From contig CBDFJR010000002.1 of NCBI GenBank assembly GCA_965248535.1, positions 800,001 through 864,000 on the forward strand: 64,000 nucleotides of DNA, read 5' to 3'. The notes under the pieces were generated by a model. It was not told the DNA's origin. It saw only the letters and a list, made by a program, of their open reading frames with translations, and searched no databases. The translations under genes and the position numbers were made by a program. The DNA comes from Phormidesmis sp. (lineage in GTDB: Bacteria > Cyanobacteriota > Cyanobacteriia > Leptolyngbyales > Leptolyngbyaceae). Shown here one piece after another: positions 60,709 through 64,000 of the stretch; the stretch's first letter is position 1; the number at the start of each line of letters is the position of its first letter.

Positions 60709-60720
60709 CTGTTGAGAGAT

Positions 60721-61611
60721 ATGGCAAATAGTTGGTGGGAAATTCAAGTTCTGTGTGACACGGCTCTTGATGATGTGGTGTTTTGGCGGCTTGAAAAGTT
60801 TGGCTGTCGAGGCACCTCTAGTGAGATTAAGGGGTCTTCGTGTCGGGTGTCTGCCTATTTGCCTCAGCAGCAGGTTCAGCTATTAGATCTGTCTGCTCTC
60901 TCTCTGTTGATGCGGCAAGATGCGCTCTGCGTAGGGTTGCCGCTGCCGATCGTGCAGTGGAGCTTAATCGATGAAGAAGACTGGGCCAGTAGCTGGAAGG
61001 TGCACTGGAAACCGCAGAAAGTCGGCGATCGCTTCTTGATCAATCCCGCTTGGCTGCCTGAGCCGGAAGGGAGCGATCGCATCATTCTGCGGTTAGAACC
61101 CGGCGTTGCTTTTGGCACGGGCGATCACGCCACGACTCAGCTTTGTCTCGAAGCGCTAGAGATGCGGTTTAGCGACAATCCGCAAAACGCGGTGATCGCC
61201 GATGTGGGCTGCGGTTCGGGCATTTTGTCCGTCGGAGCCATTCTTCTAGGTGCGAGTAAAGTCTACGCCGTGGATACCGATCCGCTAGCGGTCAAAGCCA
61301 GCCGGGAGAATATCGAACTGAATCATATCAACCCTGAGCAAATGCTGGTAGCAGAGGGCAGCGTCAGCCAGTTAGAAAAGATGATTTCCGCCCCGATCGA
61401 CGGATTGGTGTGCAATATTTTGGCGGAAGTAATTATTGATTTGATTCCGCAGTGGACGGCGATCGTCAAACTCTCTACTTGGGGAATTTTGAGCGGCATT
61501 TTATTAGAACAAGCCAAACCCGTTGCCGACACCCTCGAAGAAAACGGCTGGATTGTGGCGGCGCTGTGGAAACGGGGCGATTGGTGCTGCTTGAATATTC
61601 GGCGATCGTAA
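60721..61611 (+). CDS. prmA: Ribosomal protein L11 methyltransferase
   Basis: Motifs [38 protein letters not shown] and NILA. Confidence 0.95.
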   Translation: MANSWWEIQVLCDTALDDVVFWRLEKFGCRGTSSEIKGSSCRVSAYLPQQQVQLLDLSALSLLMRQDALCVGLPLPIVQWSLIDEEDWASSWKVHWKPQKVGDRFLINPAWLPEPEGSDRIILRLEPGVAFGTGDHATTQLCLEALEMRFSDNPQNAVIADVGCGSGILSVGAILLGASKVYAVDTDPLAVKASRENIELNHINPEQMLVAEGSVSQLEKMISAPIDGLVCNILAEVIIDLIPQWTAIVKLSTWGILSGILLEQAKPVADTLEENGWIVAALWKRGDWCCLNIRRS

Positions 61612-61644
61612 CTCCCATTTGGTTGAGACGGCGGATTTAACAGG

Positions 61645-61670
61645 AGGGCACGGCATTGCCGTGCCCTTAC
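61645..61670. repeat. REP-like hairpin between the convergent prmA and acs genes
   Basis: agggcacggcattgccgtgcccttac. Confidence 0.65.
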
Positions 61671-61686
61671 GGTTCTCTACGGGGGA

Positions 61687-63655
<1,969 letters not shown>

Positions 63656-63771
63656 CGTGTTTCGTGGGTTTGGATGGTCTTAGAAAAACGATACTGGTTT
63701 CTGGGCGGCGATCGCCGAAAGGGAATCTTGAGTTTGATTACAATAAACCTAAATCAACCTGTGCCGTGGCT

Positions 63772-64000
63772 ATGAATGCAACCACTCTTGAATCAAAGTT
63801 GACCCTTGCGGCGTTTTTAGAGCAACCTGAAACAAAGCCCGCCTCGGAATTCACTCATGGAGAAATCACCCCAAAACCGATGCCTCAAGGAGAACACAGC
63901 CGCATCCAGTTTAAACTCTGCACAACCATTAATGAAGTCACTGAAGCTCCTAAGATTGCCTGTGCATTTCCTGAGTTGCGCTGCACGTTTGGCGGAGTCT
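63772..64000 (+). CDS. Uma2-family endonuclease (3'-truncated by the window edge)
   Basis: Hand translation: MNATTLESKLTLAAFLEQPETKPASEFTHGEITPKPMPQGEHSRIQ...AFPELRCTFGG. Confidence 0.88.
   Translation, partial: MNATTLESKLTLAAFLEQPETKPASEFTHGEITPKPMPQGEHSRIQFKLCTTINEVTEAPKIACAFPELRCTFGGV

Overview
This is a 64-kb stretch of a cyanobacterial chromosome, shown by abundant HIP1 octamers (GCGATCGC), an SLH porin, a DUF2808-like gene and a Uma2 gene. It is probably from a filamentous non-heterocystous lineage (inference). The left part (1-11.6 kb) is a transport cluster: a PotD/PotBC-type ABC system with an embedded porin, a ClC-CBS-USP channel and a BMP-type ABC system. The middle (11.8-34.4 kb) is an accessory island. 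It holds a WD40 Ser/Thr kinase, a membrane Fe-S protein, an FHA-FNR-[2Fe-2S] reductase, a PAS-only sensor, an orphan 453-aa protein, a type I secretion module (PPIase-HlyB-HlyD) flanked by two RTX proteins (one with a CHRD domain), and a small candidate metal-response unit. Four copies of a palindrome TAATTAGAAC-N13-18-GTTCTAATTA lie in the island's intergenic regions; this island is the best candidate for an undescribed system. The right part carries a kinase/AAA/GAF/PAS/histidine-kinase hybrid, cbiD, a GGDEF-EAL protein, a MerR regulator, leuC, a HAS-barrel gene, three NsiR1-like sRNA copies with DIF1-type promoters, cry-DASH, an attC-like site with cassette-like genes, hpnB/shc, nadK, serA, prmA, acs and Uma2. 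Three genes (clc, hlyB, acs) each carry a single +1 frameshift and hpnB has a scrambled 3' end, so consensus errors are likely. All family assignments come from recognising motifs by eye; no database search was run.
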